Positions 20,533 through 29,823 of a DNA stretch of 47,346 bases are shown here, one piece after another. The translations under genes were made by a program, and so were the position numbers. Each line of letters begins with the position of its first letter. Position 1 is the stretch's first letter. The notes beneath the pieces are model-generated. The model saw nothing but the letters and a program-made list of their open reading frames with translations. It was not told where the DNA came from and searched no databases. Source of the stretch: an uncultured Terrimonas sp. (lineage in GTDB: Bacteria; Bacteroidota; Bacteroidia; Chitinophagales; Chitinophagaceae); the NCBI GenBank assembly GCA_964391065.1, contig CAYMKT010000010.1, positions 1 to 47,346 of the forward strand, given 5' to 3'.

Positions 20533-21900
20533 ATGCAAGCTTGGAAAGATTACCAGTCAAAAAACAAGGATCGTTTTTTAGATGAATTACTTGGTTTGCT
20601 GCGCATTCCATCGGTAAGTGCCGACCGTGCGCACAAAAAAGACATGATTGTATGTGCAGAGGCGGTAAAAGAAAGGTTACTGGAAGCAGGCGCAGATAAA
20701 GCCGAGATATTTACCACCGGGGGCCATCCCGTGGTTTACGGTGAAAAAATAATAGATACGTCAAAACCCACAGTGCTGGTATATGGACATTACGATGTGC
20801 AGCCGGCAGACCCGCTGGAGCTATGGAAAAGCGGTCCATTTGAACCGCTCATCAAAGATGGTAAAATATTTGCCAGGGGTTCATGCGATGATAAAGGCCA
20901 GTTTTACATGCACGTGAAAGCGCTTGAAACGCTTGTTAAAACCAATACGCTTTCTACCAACATCAAATTTATTATTGAAGGCGAAGAAGAAATAGGGTCG
21001 CCCCATTTGAGCAAATTTGTAAGCTCCCATAAGGAACTGTTAAAAGCCGATGTTATTCTTATCAGCGATACAGCCATGATCAGCATGGAAACGCCATCTA
21101 TTGATATTGGCGTTCGGGGTTTGTCATATATAGAAGTGGAAGTTACCGGACCCAACCGTGACCTGCATAGCGGGGTATACGGTGGGGCCGTGGCCAACCC
21201 AATAACCATATTGGCAAAGATGATCGCCTCCTGTCACGACAACAATAATCATATCACCATTCCTGGATTTTATGATGATGTAATTGAATCCACCACCGAA
21301 GAAAGAAAATTAATGGCAGACGCTCCATTTGATGAAGAAGAGTATAAAAAAGATTTGGGAGTAAATGAATTGTGGGGCGAAAAGGGATATTCAACAAATG
21401 AGCGCACCGGCATACGACCAACGCTGGAACTCAATGGCATATGGGGTGGCTATACCGGTGAAGGTGCTAAAACCGTTCTTCCAGCCAAAGCGTATGCAAA
21501 AATTTCGGCACGACTCGTTCCCAATCAGTCCTCTCAGGTAATTACGGAAAAGCTACTGCACTATTTTAAAAGTATAGCGCCGGCGGGAGTAACTGTTAAA
21601 GCAGAAGAGCATCATGGCGGTGAGCCTTATATGACCCCTATTGATTCTGCGGGTTATAAGGCCGCAGCAAAAGCCATTGAAACCACTTTTGGCAAGTCGC
21701 CGGTTCCGGTGCGGGGTGGCGGCAGCATTCCTATCTGTTCGCTCTTTGAAAAGGAATTGGGAATTAAGATTGTATTTATGGGCTTTGGATTAGACAGCGA
21801 TAACCTTCACTCTCCGAATGAAAAATTCGATGTGTTTAACTTTTATAAAGGCATAGAAACCATCCCGTATTTTCATCAATATTTTGCCGAAATAAAGTAA
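20533..21900 (+). CDS. M20 family dipeptidase
   Basis: YGHYDVQP, ARGSCDDKGQ, EGEEE, DLHSG and HSPNE motifs. Confidence 0.92.
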   Translation: MQAWKDYQSKNKDRFLDELLGLLRIPSVSADRAHKKDMIVCAEAVKERLLEAGADKAEIFTTGGHPVVYGEKIIDTSKPTVLVYGHYDVQPADPLELWKSGPFEPLIKDGKIFARGSCDDKGQFYMHVKALETLVKTNTLSTNIKFIIEGEEEIGSPHLSKFVSSHKELLKADVILISDTAMISMETPSIDIGVRGLSYIEVEVTGPNRDLHSGVYGGAVANPITILAKMIASCHDNNNHITIPGFYDDVIESTTEERKLMADAPFDEEEYKKDLGVNELWGEKGYSTNERTGIRPTLELNGIWGGYTGEGAKTVLPAKAYAKISARLVPNQSSQVITEKLLHYFKSIAPAGVTVKAEEHHGGEPYMTPIDSAGYKAAAKAIETTFGKSPVPVRGGGSIPICSLFEKELGIKIVFMGFGLDSDNLHSPNEKFDVFNFYKGIETIPYFHQYFAEIK

Positions 21901-21995
21901 AATGAATCATACGTTCAGGAAACCTGAACCAGGAAGTAATATTATATTCGATGCCATAATGAAATACAAACCGGAGCAGGATGATGAATTGTAAG

Positions 21996-23627
21996 TCATT
22001 GTATCAATTGAAACAAATCCCCATCAAACAGTCCTTTATCACTGAGTTTTAGATGGGGAATCACCAGCAATGACATAAAAGACAAAGTCATGTAAGGAGA
22101 AGATAAAGCTGAACCCATCGCTTTTGAAACTTTATCCATTGCAGCATATTGTTTGGCTACGGTATAGCCGTCTTCCATACTCATTAAGCCCGCAACTGGC
22201 AAAGGAAGTATCATCTCTTCCGATGCTGAAAAAAGGCTAATGCCACCTTTGTGCCTAATGATCATATTAACTGCCTCGCAAATGCTTTCATCATCAACAC
22301 CAATCGCAACAATATTATGGCTATCATGTGCTACGGATGAGGCAATTGAACCTCTTTTTAAGCCAAAATTTTTGATGTATGCAATAGCAATGGGTTGATC
22401 TGCATAACGGTTTACTACCGCAATTTTTAAAATATCATGTTCTATGTCCACCTGTTCTGCGAATAGCTCTGTATTCCATTTATTAGTAATCAATTGCCCG
22501 TTTAGCGCTTCTATAACAGGCGTTCCCGGTTGCAAAGCCAGGGCATATGGACGGGAAAAATCCCGGCTGGATTTAACAGTACATGAAAAATTATTAATTG
22601 CCGGCTTTCGTTCGTTGTTCAACCTTCCAATAAGCGTCTCTCCATTCTCTGCAACCAATTCTCCACTAATATAAGTTTGCATAGGCTCAAAGCGCTTTAA
22701 GTCCCTTACAACAACAAAATCTGCAGGATCTCCTTCTCTTAATAGTCCGGTTTCCAATTTATAATGCAATACCGGGTTTATGCACGCAGCCCTCAATATC
22801 TTAAAAACACTAATACCTTTCTGCACTGCCCGTTCACATAACTGGTTAATGTGCCCCTCTGCCAAACTATCGGGATGTTTATCATCGCTGCAGAACATTA
22901 TTTTTTCCGGAAAGTCGTTCACCAAATCAATCAGGGCTTCAAAATTTTTGGCGGCGCTGCCTTCCCGAATAAGAATATGCATACCGTATTTTAATTTATC
23001 CAGCGCTTCTTCCTTTGTGAAACACTCGTGATCGGTGGAAATGCCAGCGTTAATATACTGTTGGGCCTGAGCGCCCATCAGTCCGGGAGCATGGCCATCA
23101 ACAGGCTTATTCAGCCTGTGTGCAGCCGCAATTTTCTGCATGACCGCCGTGTCTTTCGTTAACACACCTGGAAAATTCATCATTTCGCTCAGGTACTTAA
23201 TGTCCTTTTTCTGCAGCAGTTTCTCAACTTCCTCCACGTTTAAACCGGCACCTGCTGTTTCAAACATGGTAGCCGGCACGCAGCTTGGCGCGCCAAAGAA
23301 AAAATGAAAAGGAACGGTATTCCCGTCTTCAATCATATACTCAATGCCCTTTACTCCACAAACATTCGCTATTTCATGCGGATCGCTGATGGTGGCTATT
23401 GTGCCATGCACCACGGCTAACCTTGCAAACTCAGAAGGAATGAGCATTGAGCTTTCTATATGCACGTGGGCATCGATAAATCCGGGTAATATAAAGGGCG
23501 CATTCCTATAATCTCCCCGCACTTCCTCCATCGATTGAATGATACCATCAACAACAGAAACTATCGCCGGATATATTTTTTGTCCGAGGATATCAACTAC
23601 CTGACCTTCAATTGCAAATGAATTCAT
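21996..23627 (-). CDS. ade: Adenine deaminase
   Basis: PGFIDAHVHIESS, DPHEIANV, DGHAPG, TDHEC, IREGSAAKN and SVAHDSHN motifs. Confidence 0.95.
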   Translation of the reverse strand: MNSFAIEGQVVDILGQKIYPAIVSVVDGIIQSMEEVRGDYRNAPFILPGFIDAHVHIESSMLIPSEFARLAVVHGTIATISDPHEIANVCGVKGIEYMIEDGNTVPFHFFFGAPSCVPATMFETAGAGLNVEEVEKLLQKKDIKYLSEMMNFPGVLTKDTAVMQKIAAAHRLNKPVDGHAPGLMGAQAQQYINAGISTDHECFTKEEALDKLKYGMHILIREGSAAKNFEALIDLVNDFPEKIMFCSDDKHPDSLAEGHINQLCERAVQKGISVFKILRAACINPVLHYKLETGLLREGDPADFVVVRDLKRFEPMQTYISGELVAENGETLIGRLNNERKPAINNFSCTVKSSRDFSRPYALALQPGTPVIEALNGQLITNKWNTELFAEQVDIEHDILKIAVVNRYADQPIAIAYIKNFGLKRGSIASSVAHDSHNIVAIGVDDESICEAVNMIIRHKGGISLFSASEEMILPLPVAGLMSMEDGYTVAKQYAAMDKVSKAMGSALSSPYMTLSFMSLLVIPHLKLSDKGLFDGDLFQLIQ

Positions 23628-23728
23628 ACAACTATTAACAGAAATTAACGATCTGCGCCTAAGTTAATTGATAAATGGAGAATACAAATAAGCAGGGAAC
23701 CCTTATTTTTGACGGATTAAAAAAATAC

Positions 23729-24451
23729 ATGAAAAATTTAAGTTTCATTTTAGTAACCACAACTGCAATACTATTTTCGGCTTTTGCGCAATCTCAAACG
23801 GTTGACGAGTTGCAGGCAAAATATGTTAGTGCTTTAGGGGGAAAAGAAAAGCTGTCAACATTAAAGAATGTATACCAGGAGGCAGAAATGGAAATCATGG
23901 GCATGCAGATCCCCGCCAAAGTTTGGATAGTATACGACACTGGTTCGCGGCAGGAATTGGAAATACAGGGTCAAACGATGGTTACTTATATAGGAAAAAC
24001 CGAGGGGTGGATGATTAACCCTTTAATGGGCAGCACAGCAGCACAACCTTTACCCGATGAGATGATAAACAACGCAGGGGGATTATTGAGTGCCGGGGGA
24101 GAACTCGCCAATTATAAATTGAATGGTTATACGGCAGTTTATGAAGGCAGAGACAGCGTAAACGGCGTTCTGGCACATAAAATCAAATTAAGCAAGAATG
24201 AAATAGAAACCACTATTTACCTCGATGCGTCAAATTATTATACCATCCGCAATGTGAGCAGGGCAAATATTAATGGTCAGCAGGTGGAGCAGGTAACCAG
24301 CTACTCAAATTACAGGAAAACACCTGAGGGATATGTTTTCCCCTATAGTTCTGTAATAAACAACCCGATGGTGGGCGAAATAAATGCGACCGTTAAGAAA
24401 ATAGAAGTCAATACCGCGCTCGATGTAAAAGAATTGGGAAAAACAAACTAA
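23729..24451 (+). CDS. Exported protein, LolA-like/lipoprotein-sorting-like fold suspected (start moved from 23675 to 23729)
   Basis: Signal peptide MKNLSFIL..AQS; QTVDEL..KY..ALGGKEKL pattern; TATTTTTG -7 element at 23704-23711. Confidence 0.7.
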   Translation: MKNLSFILVTTTAILFSAFAQSQTVDELQAKYVSALGGKEKLSTLKNVYQEAEMEIMGMQIPAKVWIVYDTGSRQELEIQGQTMVTYIGKTEGWMINPLMGSTAAQPLPDEMINNAGGLLSAGGELANYKLNGYTAVYEGRDSVNGVLAHKIKLSKNEIETTIYLDASNYYTIRNVSRANINGQQVEQVTSYSNYRKTPEGYVFPYSSVINNPMVGEINATVKKIEVNTALDVKELGKTN

Positions 24452-24468
24452 CCCGGATACATCGCCCG

Positions 24469-26616
24469 CTAAGAGGCCTTTCTGAAATTAAGCAGATTAG
24501 TATATTGCATGATTTTTTGATGCAATTCTTCCGGCTTAAATGGCTTGGGAACGTAGTCGTTAAATCCTTTGTTCAACAAGTCTTCCCTTATATTTTCGTA
24601 GGTAGCTGCCGTAAAAGCAATGATAGGAATATCGCTATGCGTTTTTCTGATTGCTTCTACTGTTTGCGCTCCGTCCATTTCCGGCATTTCAAGGTCGATG
24701 AGTAATAAATCTGGTTTGTTCTGATAAAAGAGCTCAACGGCCTTAACGCCATTTTCTGCCTCTATCACGGTAATATCCCACTTCTGCAAAAAACGCTTAG
24801 CAACAATCATATTGATGGGATTGTCTTCAGCAAGCAATACCGTAATACCCTGCATGTTCGATAAGCCCTTTATTCTCCCCTCATCAACATAGGGCTTCAT
24901 TTGCTTGGCAATTTTGAAGTTAATTGTAAAATAGAAAATACTTCCCGCATTAAGGTTACTTTCAGCCGAAAGTGTTCCTCCCATTTGTGCTATAATTTTC
25001 CTGCTGATAGCGAGCCCTAATCCTGTTCCACCGAATTTTCTTGTAGTCTCAATGTCGGCCTGGGTAAAACTTTCAAATATCTGCCTCATTTTATTTTGCG
25101 GGATTCCAATACCTGTATCGGTAATGGCAAAGTATATATCGGCACTGTTGCTCTTCTTATTTTTCACCTTTACCTCAATACCAATAGTTCCGCTTTCGGT
25201 AAATTTGATGGCATTGGCGAGTAAATTGTTCATCACCTGGTTTAAACGGGTTTCATCGCCATTAATCTCCATATCGGCGTTGTCGTCGATAGCTACTTTG
25301 AAGCCCAGGTTCTTCGATCCAATCGACGCTGTAAAGGAGGTAACCACCTTCTGAAGAAATGCCTTAAGATTAAAAGGAACGCATTCAAGCTCCATTTTTC
25401 CTGCTTCTATTTTACTAAAGTCGAGAATATCGTTTACCAACTGCATCATGTGTTCCGAAGAATACTTGAGCACTTCAAAGCTCTGTCGCTGGGTTGGCAA
25501 ATATTCTTCCTGCAAAATGATATTGGTTGTTCCAATAATTGCATTTAAAGGCGTTCTGAGTTCATGGCTCATGTTCGACAGAAACCGTGATTTTACCTGC
25601 GCTGCCTTTTCGGCCTTTTCTTTGGCATTCAATATTTCAAACTCGGCTATCTTAATTTCCGTAATATCAAGAATACTAATCTTGCAATAATTAAACTCGC
25701 TGTGCGAAAAAGGAACAATGTTAACGTATGCAAAAAAAGGAGTATCGTCATTTCTGAAAAAATCCATATTCCCATACCATGGCGATTTTTTTGTAAACTG
25801 CTGGCGCCCCTGTACAACAATATGCTCTTCCATTTTATGCCCCAACAGCGCTTTAGCCGTGCTTCCCAATATCGTTTCCTTTCTACCGAAACCGAATATC
25901 TCTGTTGCTCTCTTATTGCAATCCACTATACTGAGACTGTTCACATCAACAATAAAAACACCGTCTAACGAAGTATTGTACATTGTATCCTTAAACCTTT
26001 TTTCTTCCAGTATTTTTTCTTCGTTGTTCTCAAGGGTTTTTAAAACGTAGTAGGTGAATAAGGCCGAAATAACAAGTGAAAGACTGAGATTGGAACTGAA
26101 TATTGCGCTGTATTGTTCCGTACTGATGGTTTGCACATTACTTACATAAGGCGCCAGTATAAAAATAAGCGCCACGGTAATAAAAGTTACAACGGCAGTT
26201 ATTATTAATTCTTCATAATTTTTCCGGATATCCACTACAAAAATGAGTGCCAGCAAAAAAGGGAAATAATACAAATGTTCACCTGCACGTAATCCTTCGG
26301 CATAACTTATGGCAAAAAGATAGAGATTAATGGTAATAATACCGAGCACTTTTGCAAATGAAAGCTTACCATCTTTGTTAAGAAAAAAACAAACCGATAA
26401 CAAGAGTATGGATGTAACATTCAGCGAAACGCTGATATACAGACCCCGAAGGCAGTTCATCATTACCGAAACCAGGTTTACCCCAATACCAAAACATATA
26501 AAAATGATGAGTCTTTTTACGTTTTTATTTTCCTCGTGCCCGTTTGCCGGATCAATACCACTATTTAAAATACTGTAGCAAAAAGATACTAATCTGTCTA
26601 AAATGTTCGTTTTCAT
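24469..26616 (-). CDS. Hybrid sensor histidine kinase (multi-TM, PAS, HisKA, HATPase, REC)
   Basis: FLSNMSHELRTPLN, NLLANAIKFT and GGTGLGL; receiver motifs LLAEDN, LIDLEMPEMDG and KPF. Confidence 0.93.
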   Translation of the reverse strand: MKTNILDRLVSFCYSILNSGIDPANGHEENKNVKRLIIFICFGIGVNLVSVMMNCLRGLYISVSLNVTSILLLSVCFFLNKDGKLSFAKVLGIITINLYLFAISYAEGLRAGEHLYYFPFLLALIFVVDIRKNYEELIITAVVTFITVALIFILAPYVSNVQTISTEQYSAIFSSNLSLSLVISALFTYYVLKTLENNEEKILEEKRFKDTMYNTSLDGVFIVDVNSLSIVDCNKRATEIFGFGRKETILGSTAKALLGHKMEEHIVVQGRQQFTKKSPWYGNMDFFRNDDTPFFAYVNIVPFSHSEFNYCKISILDITEIKIAEFEILNAKEKAEKAAQVKSRFLSNMSHELRTPLNAIIGTTNIILQEEYLPTQRQSFEVLKYSSEHMMQLVNDILDFSKIEAGKMELECVPFNLKAFLQKVVTSFTASIGSKNLGFKVAIDDNADMEINGDETRLNQVMNNLLANAIKFTESGTIGIEVKVKNKKSNSADIYFAITDTGIGIPQNKMRQIFESFTQADIETTRKFGGTGLGLAISRKIIAQMGGTLSAESNLNAGSIFYFTINFKIAKQMKPYVDEGRIKGLSNMQGITVLLAEDNPINMIVAKRFLQKWDITVIEAENGVKAVELFYQNKPDLLLIDLEMPEMDGAQTVEAIRKTHSDIPIIAFTAATYENIREDLLNKGFNDYVPKPFKPEELHQKIMQYTNLLNFRKAS

Positions 26617-26695
26617 AACTCGAATAATGGATTTATCCTATAACAACTTATACAACGCAAAGAAGGAAACGCCTTTGGGTACTACAAATTGTGAT

Positions 26696-27100
26696 ATGTA
26701 TAATCAAGAACAAAAAATACTTTTCCGTTTTTCTCCCGACCTGGATACCGGCTTTCTCGATGACTTGTACGGGGGAGATTTCCAGCAGGCTCAAATCATT
26801 TTTGAATCTACAGTACTGCAATTGCGTAACGACATTACTCTTGCAGAATCAATATTTTTAAGCAAAGACGTTACGGGCTTAAAAAAAATCATTCATAAGA
26901 TGAAACCCTTGTTCGGATATACAGGAATGAATGAAACGATGCACCTCTTCGCGGGCCTTGAGAACGATTGTGCTGCAGCTCAAACAACAACCGAACTTGA
27001 AGAAAAGTTTTACCATATTATGGCAATTGCCAACCGCGCTGCCGATAAGATAGAAACTGAGATTAACCGTTTGAAAGAACACAACACCGAACATCCATGA
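26696..27100 (+). CDS. Stand-alone Hpt (histidine phosphotransfer) protein (start probably 26696 rather than 26603)
   Basis: LDTGFLDDLYGGD and IIHKMKPLFGYTG Hpt-like motifs; ATGA overlap with the response regulator. Confidence 0.75.
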   Translation: MYNQEQKILFRFSPDLDTGFLDDLYGGDFQQAQIIFESTVLQLRNDITLAESIFLSKDVTGLKKIIHKMKPLFGYTGMNETMHLFAGLENDCAAAQTTTELEEKFYHIMAIANRAADKIETEINRLKEHNTEHP

Positions 27101-27786
27101 AGTATCAAAGCATTATTGTGGAAGATCTGCAGGTCGCCGCTGAATTTCTCAGAAGATTCTGCGAAAAATCCGGCGTAATAGATGTATCCCATCATTTTCT
27201 GAATGCAGAGGATGCTATCCTTTATTTGAAGGATAATGTGATCGATCTTATTTTCCTGGATGTGGAGATGCCAGGCGCCAGTGGTTTTGAATTATTAGAC
27301 CAGTTGGTTTATACACCACAGGTAATTCTTACTACTTCCAAAACAGAGTATGCTTATAATGCATTTCAGTATAACGTTACAGATTACCTGAAAAAGCCAT
27401 TTACTTATCAACGCTTTCTGGAGTCCATTCAGAAAGTGAGTAAAAAAACAGAGCAAATAAGCGGTAATTCTGAACAGGATCATATGTTTATCAAATCAGA
27501 TGGCAAGCTGATCCGTTTGCACAACGATGATATACTTTTTATTGAAAGTATGGGGGATTACGTAAAATTTATCACAGCAAACAAAAAATATATCACGCAT
27601 AATACCATCAAGAACCTCGAAACAAAAGTTAACCCCCAGGTATTCATGAAAGTCCATCGGTCTTATATCGTAAACTTTACCAAAATAAATGACATCCAGG
27701 AAAATGTGTTGTTTATTAACGGCAATATGGTACCTATCAGCAAAACACATAAATCGGGCGTGATGCAAAAAATCAACATCCTGTAA
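27097..27786 (+). CDS. LytTR family response regulator
   Basis: Receiver motifs IIVED, IFLDVEMP and DYLKKP; LytTR domain ILFIESMGDYV and FMKVHRSYIVN. Confidence 0.95.
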   Translation: MKYQSIIVEDLQVAAEFLRRFCEKSGVIDVSHHFLNAEDAILYLKDNVIDLIFLDVEMPGASGFELLDQLVYTPQVILTTSKTEYAYNAFQYNVTDYLKKPFTYQRFLESIQKVSKKTEQISGNSEQDHMFIKSDGKLIRLHNDDILFIESMGDYVKFITANKKYITHNTIKNLETKVNPQVFMKVHRSYIVNFTKINDIQENVLFINGNMVPISKTHKSGVMQKINIL

Positions 27787-27884
27787 AAGTATTTTCAGTG
27801 AAAGCCCGGGTTGCCCGGTCTGTTAGCCATATCATCAAGTAGACTATTAATTAACGGACGATCAGTACAACTTCGCCCGGCACC

Positions 27885-29492
27885 CTATTTTTCAAACATT
27901 TTTTCGGACATCCTTCCATCGTGTCCGTAAATATCATCTCTCAAATTCAGGTCGTCATTTGAATCAACCCAGGCTGTAAAATACCCTATGTATACAGGAA
28001 CAGTTTCATTTAATGTTACATACTTTTCTTTACCACTATTCATGGCCTTCTCTATTTTTGAAGTCGTCCAGGTAGTGTCATTGCGTAAAAGAAATTCAGC
28101 AAGTTGCGGAGGGTTGCCTAAGCGAATGCAGCCATGACTGAAAGCCCGTTTCGTTTCGCCAAACAGGCTTTTGGCCGGGGTATCGTGCAGGTAAATGTTG
28201 TAACTGTTAGGGAACAGGAATTTAACCTTACCTAATGAATTATCAGGACCTGGTTGCTGCCGTACAATGGGCACATTTCCGGAATAGCCCGTAATCTCCA
28301 TTTTATGTTTCGCCAGGTAATTTTTATCTTTTTTTATTCCCGGCATTATTTCCTTCTTCACAATACTCACAGGAATATTCCAGTAAGGACTAAACACAAC
28401 GTACTTCAGGTCGCCTCTAAATACAACCGTATTATGCTGGGTAGAGCCCACCACAACATTCATGTTGAACAGAAGTTTACCGTTTTCATAAACGTGCAGG
28501 GTAAACTCCGGGATATTCACCAAAAGATAGTCCATGTCAGTTTTTACGGGCACCCATCGTAAGCGTTCTAAATTGATCAGCATTTTGCGAATATGCACTT
28601 GAACAGGTTCGTTCATTTTTAGCATAGTAGTCTTGCCTACAACACCGTCATCTTTCAAACCATAGCGGCGTTGAAATTTTTTCACCGCTATTTTCAGGTC
28701 TTCAGTAAATAAAGAGCTTGTATCCTCCGAAACAAAGTCTGTTGTGAGATATAATCTTTGTTTTATTAATGCAATCTCGGAAAACGTATCACCCTGCCTG
28801 AACTTTTCTTTACGTGTTAAAACCGTAGGCCAACCGCCGTTCTTTTCTATTTCATAATATTGAAGCAATTTTTCTTTCAACCGATGATACTGCGGGTTTA
28901 CCGGTTCGTAGCTGTCTACCTTTTTGCCTTTATTAGCAATCAGGGAATCGAGTAAGGCTACCTGGTCAATCTGCTTCCTCGGAATAAACCATTTAAGGTC
29001 GGTTGTATTTAATTTATCATCGCCCTGGTATACTTTGTCGGCATAACGGAAAAACTGAAGGGTAAGAGCCCATTCCGCTTTCAGGCGGTTACTGTCGCTT
29101 AAAGGAACATCATGACCGCCAGATTGGAGGGTATCTGCTATTTGCTGAAGCACAGGACTATACAAACTACTGTCGCCACTATATGCGATGTATTCACTTT
29201 GAAGCGTTAAGAAATGGTAGGCCTGTTCGTCAGGGCCATCACTAAAAAACCATGCATATTCATAGTTTCTCTGATTATAAAAAACACGGAATTTTTTCGC
29301 AAGTGAATCATCGTAGTGTTGTTGCTGAATATGTTGTTCTAACGCAACACTATCGAAAAACAACTGGGTATAGGCGTTTGCCTGAGTAATAGTGGTGTCT
29401 CTTGTTTCAATTGCGGGATTTTGCTTTTCAGCGTCGCTGCAAGCCGAGCAAATACCCGACAGCATAACAACAAAAACTACAAATAGTCTCAT
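27885..29492 (-). CDS. L,D-transpeptidase (YcbB/LdtD-like, with peptidoglycan-binding domain), probable lipoprotein
   Basis: AVKKFQRRYGLKDDGVVGK PG-binding motif; NLERLRW; YLHDTP...AFSHGCIR catalytic motif. Confidence 0.92.
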   Translation of the reverse strand: MRLFVVFVVMLSGICSACSDAEKQNPAIETRDTTITQANAYTQLFFDSVALEQHIQQQHYDDSLAKKFRVFYNQRNYEYAWFFSDGPDEQAYHFLTLQSEYIAYSGDSSLYSPVLQQIADTLQSGGHDVPLSDSNRLKAEWALTLQFFRYADKVYQGDDKLNTTDLKWFIPRKQIDQVALLDSLIANKGKKVDSYEPVNPQYHRLKEKLLQYYEIEKNGGWPTVLTRKEKFRQGDTFSEIALIKQRLYLTTDFVSEDTSSLFTEDLKIAVKKFQRRYGLKDDGVVGKTTMLKMNEPVQVHIRKMLINLERLRWVPVKTDMDYLLVNIPEFTLHVYENGKLLFNMNVVVGSTQHNTVVFRGDLKYVVFSPYWNIPVSIVKKEIMPGIKKDKNYLAKHKMEITGYSGNVPIVRQQPGPDNSLGKVKFLFPNSYNIYLHDTPAKSLFGETKRAFSHGCIRLGNPPQLAEFLLRNDTTWTTSKIEKAMNSGKEKYVTLNETVPVYIGYFTAWVDSNDDLNLRDDIYGHDGRMSEKMFEK

Positions 29493-29575
29493 AATCTACA
29501 GTTAATAATTCAATTCCTACTCCGGTGCATACAAGGGTGGTTCTTCTGGTAATCCTTATGATTATTTACAAATTA

Positions 29576-29626
29576 CCCATCGAAGATATCAAGCCGAACA
29601 TCGATAAAAGTAATAACATCAACGAA
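29576..29626. promoter_or_regulatory. Three direct repeats CA(T/A)CGA at exact 21-bp period; candidate LytTR operator
   Basis: CATCGA at 29578, CATCGA at 29599, CAACGA at 29620; LytTR regulator gene lies 1.8 kb away. Confidence 0.55.
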
Positions 29627-29668
29627 TACAATTCATTTATCGCACCGGCATTGCCATCTTTACGTTTC

Positions 29669-29798
29669 AACGATTGAGCATCGTTCAATCAACCCTGGAA
29701 AGGGTCCCTCGATCCCGGTTAAAACCCTGAACCCTGGGAAAGGATCCTTTCCCGAACAAAAGCTGGAACTGACTGAAACAGGTCATCCAGCTTTTTTT
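29669..29798 (+). ncRNA. Candidate ~130-nt small RNA of four consecutive hairpins
   Basis: Hairpins 29672-29690, 29692-29705 (GGAA loop), palindrome 29736-29753 and terminator 29758-29798 with T7 on the + strand, although both flanking genes are on the minus strand. Confidence 0.5.
29758..29798 (+). terminator. Intrinsic terminator (T7 on +, only T4 on -; may also stop trmD)
   Basis: AAAAGCTGGA/TCCAGCTTTT stem with inner TGAC/GTCA, followed by T7. Confidence 0.75.
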
Positions 29799-29823
29799 AA
29801 GAGGGGCATATCTGAACCGGAAT

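Noticed and set aside
29558..29677. 39-codon + strand ORF MIIYKLPIEDIKPNIDK..
   Set aside because: It overlaps the 21-bp-periodic boxes and both candidate promoters and has no recognisable features; more likely incidental
29691..29753. AACCCTG repeats considered as a mini-CRISPR or iterons
   Set aside because: Repeats are too short and irregularly spaced, and there are no cas or rep genes
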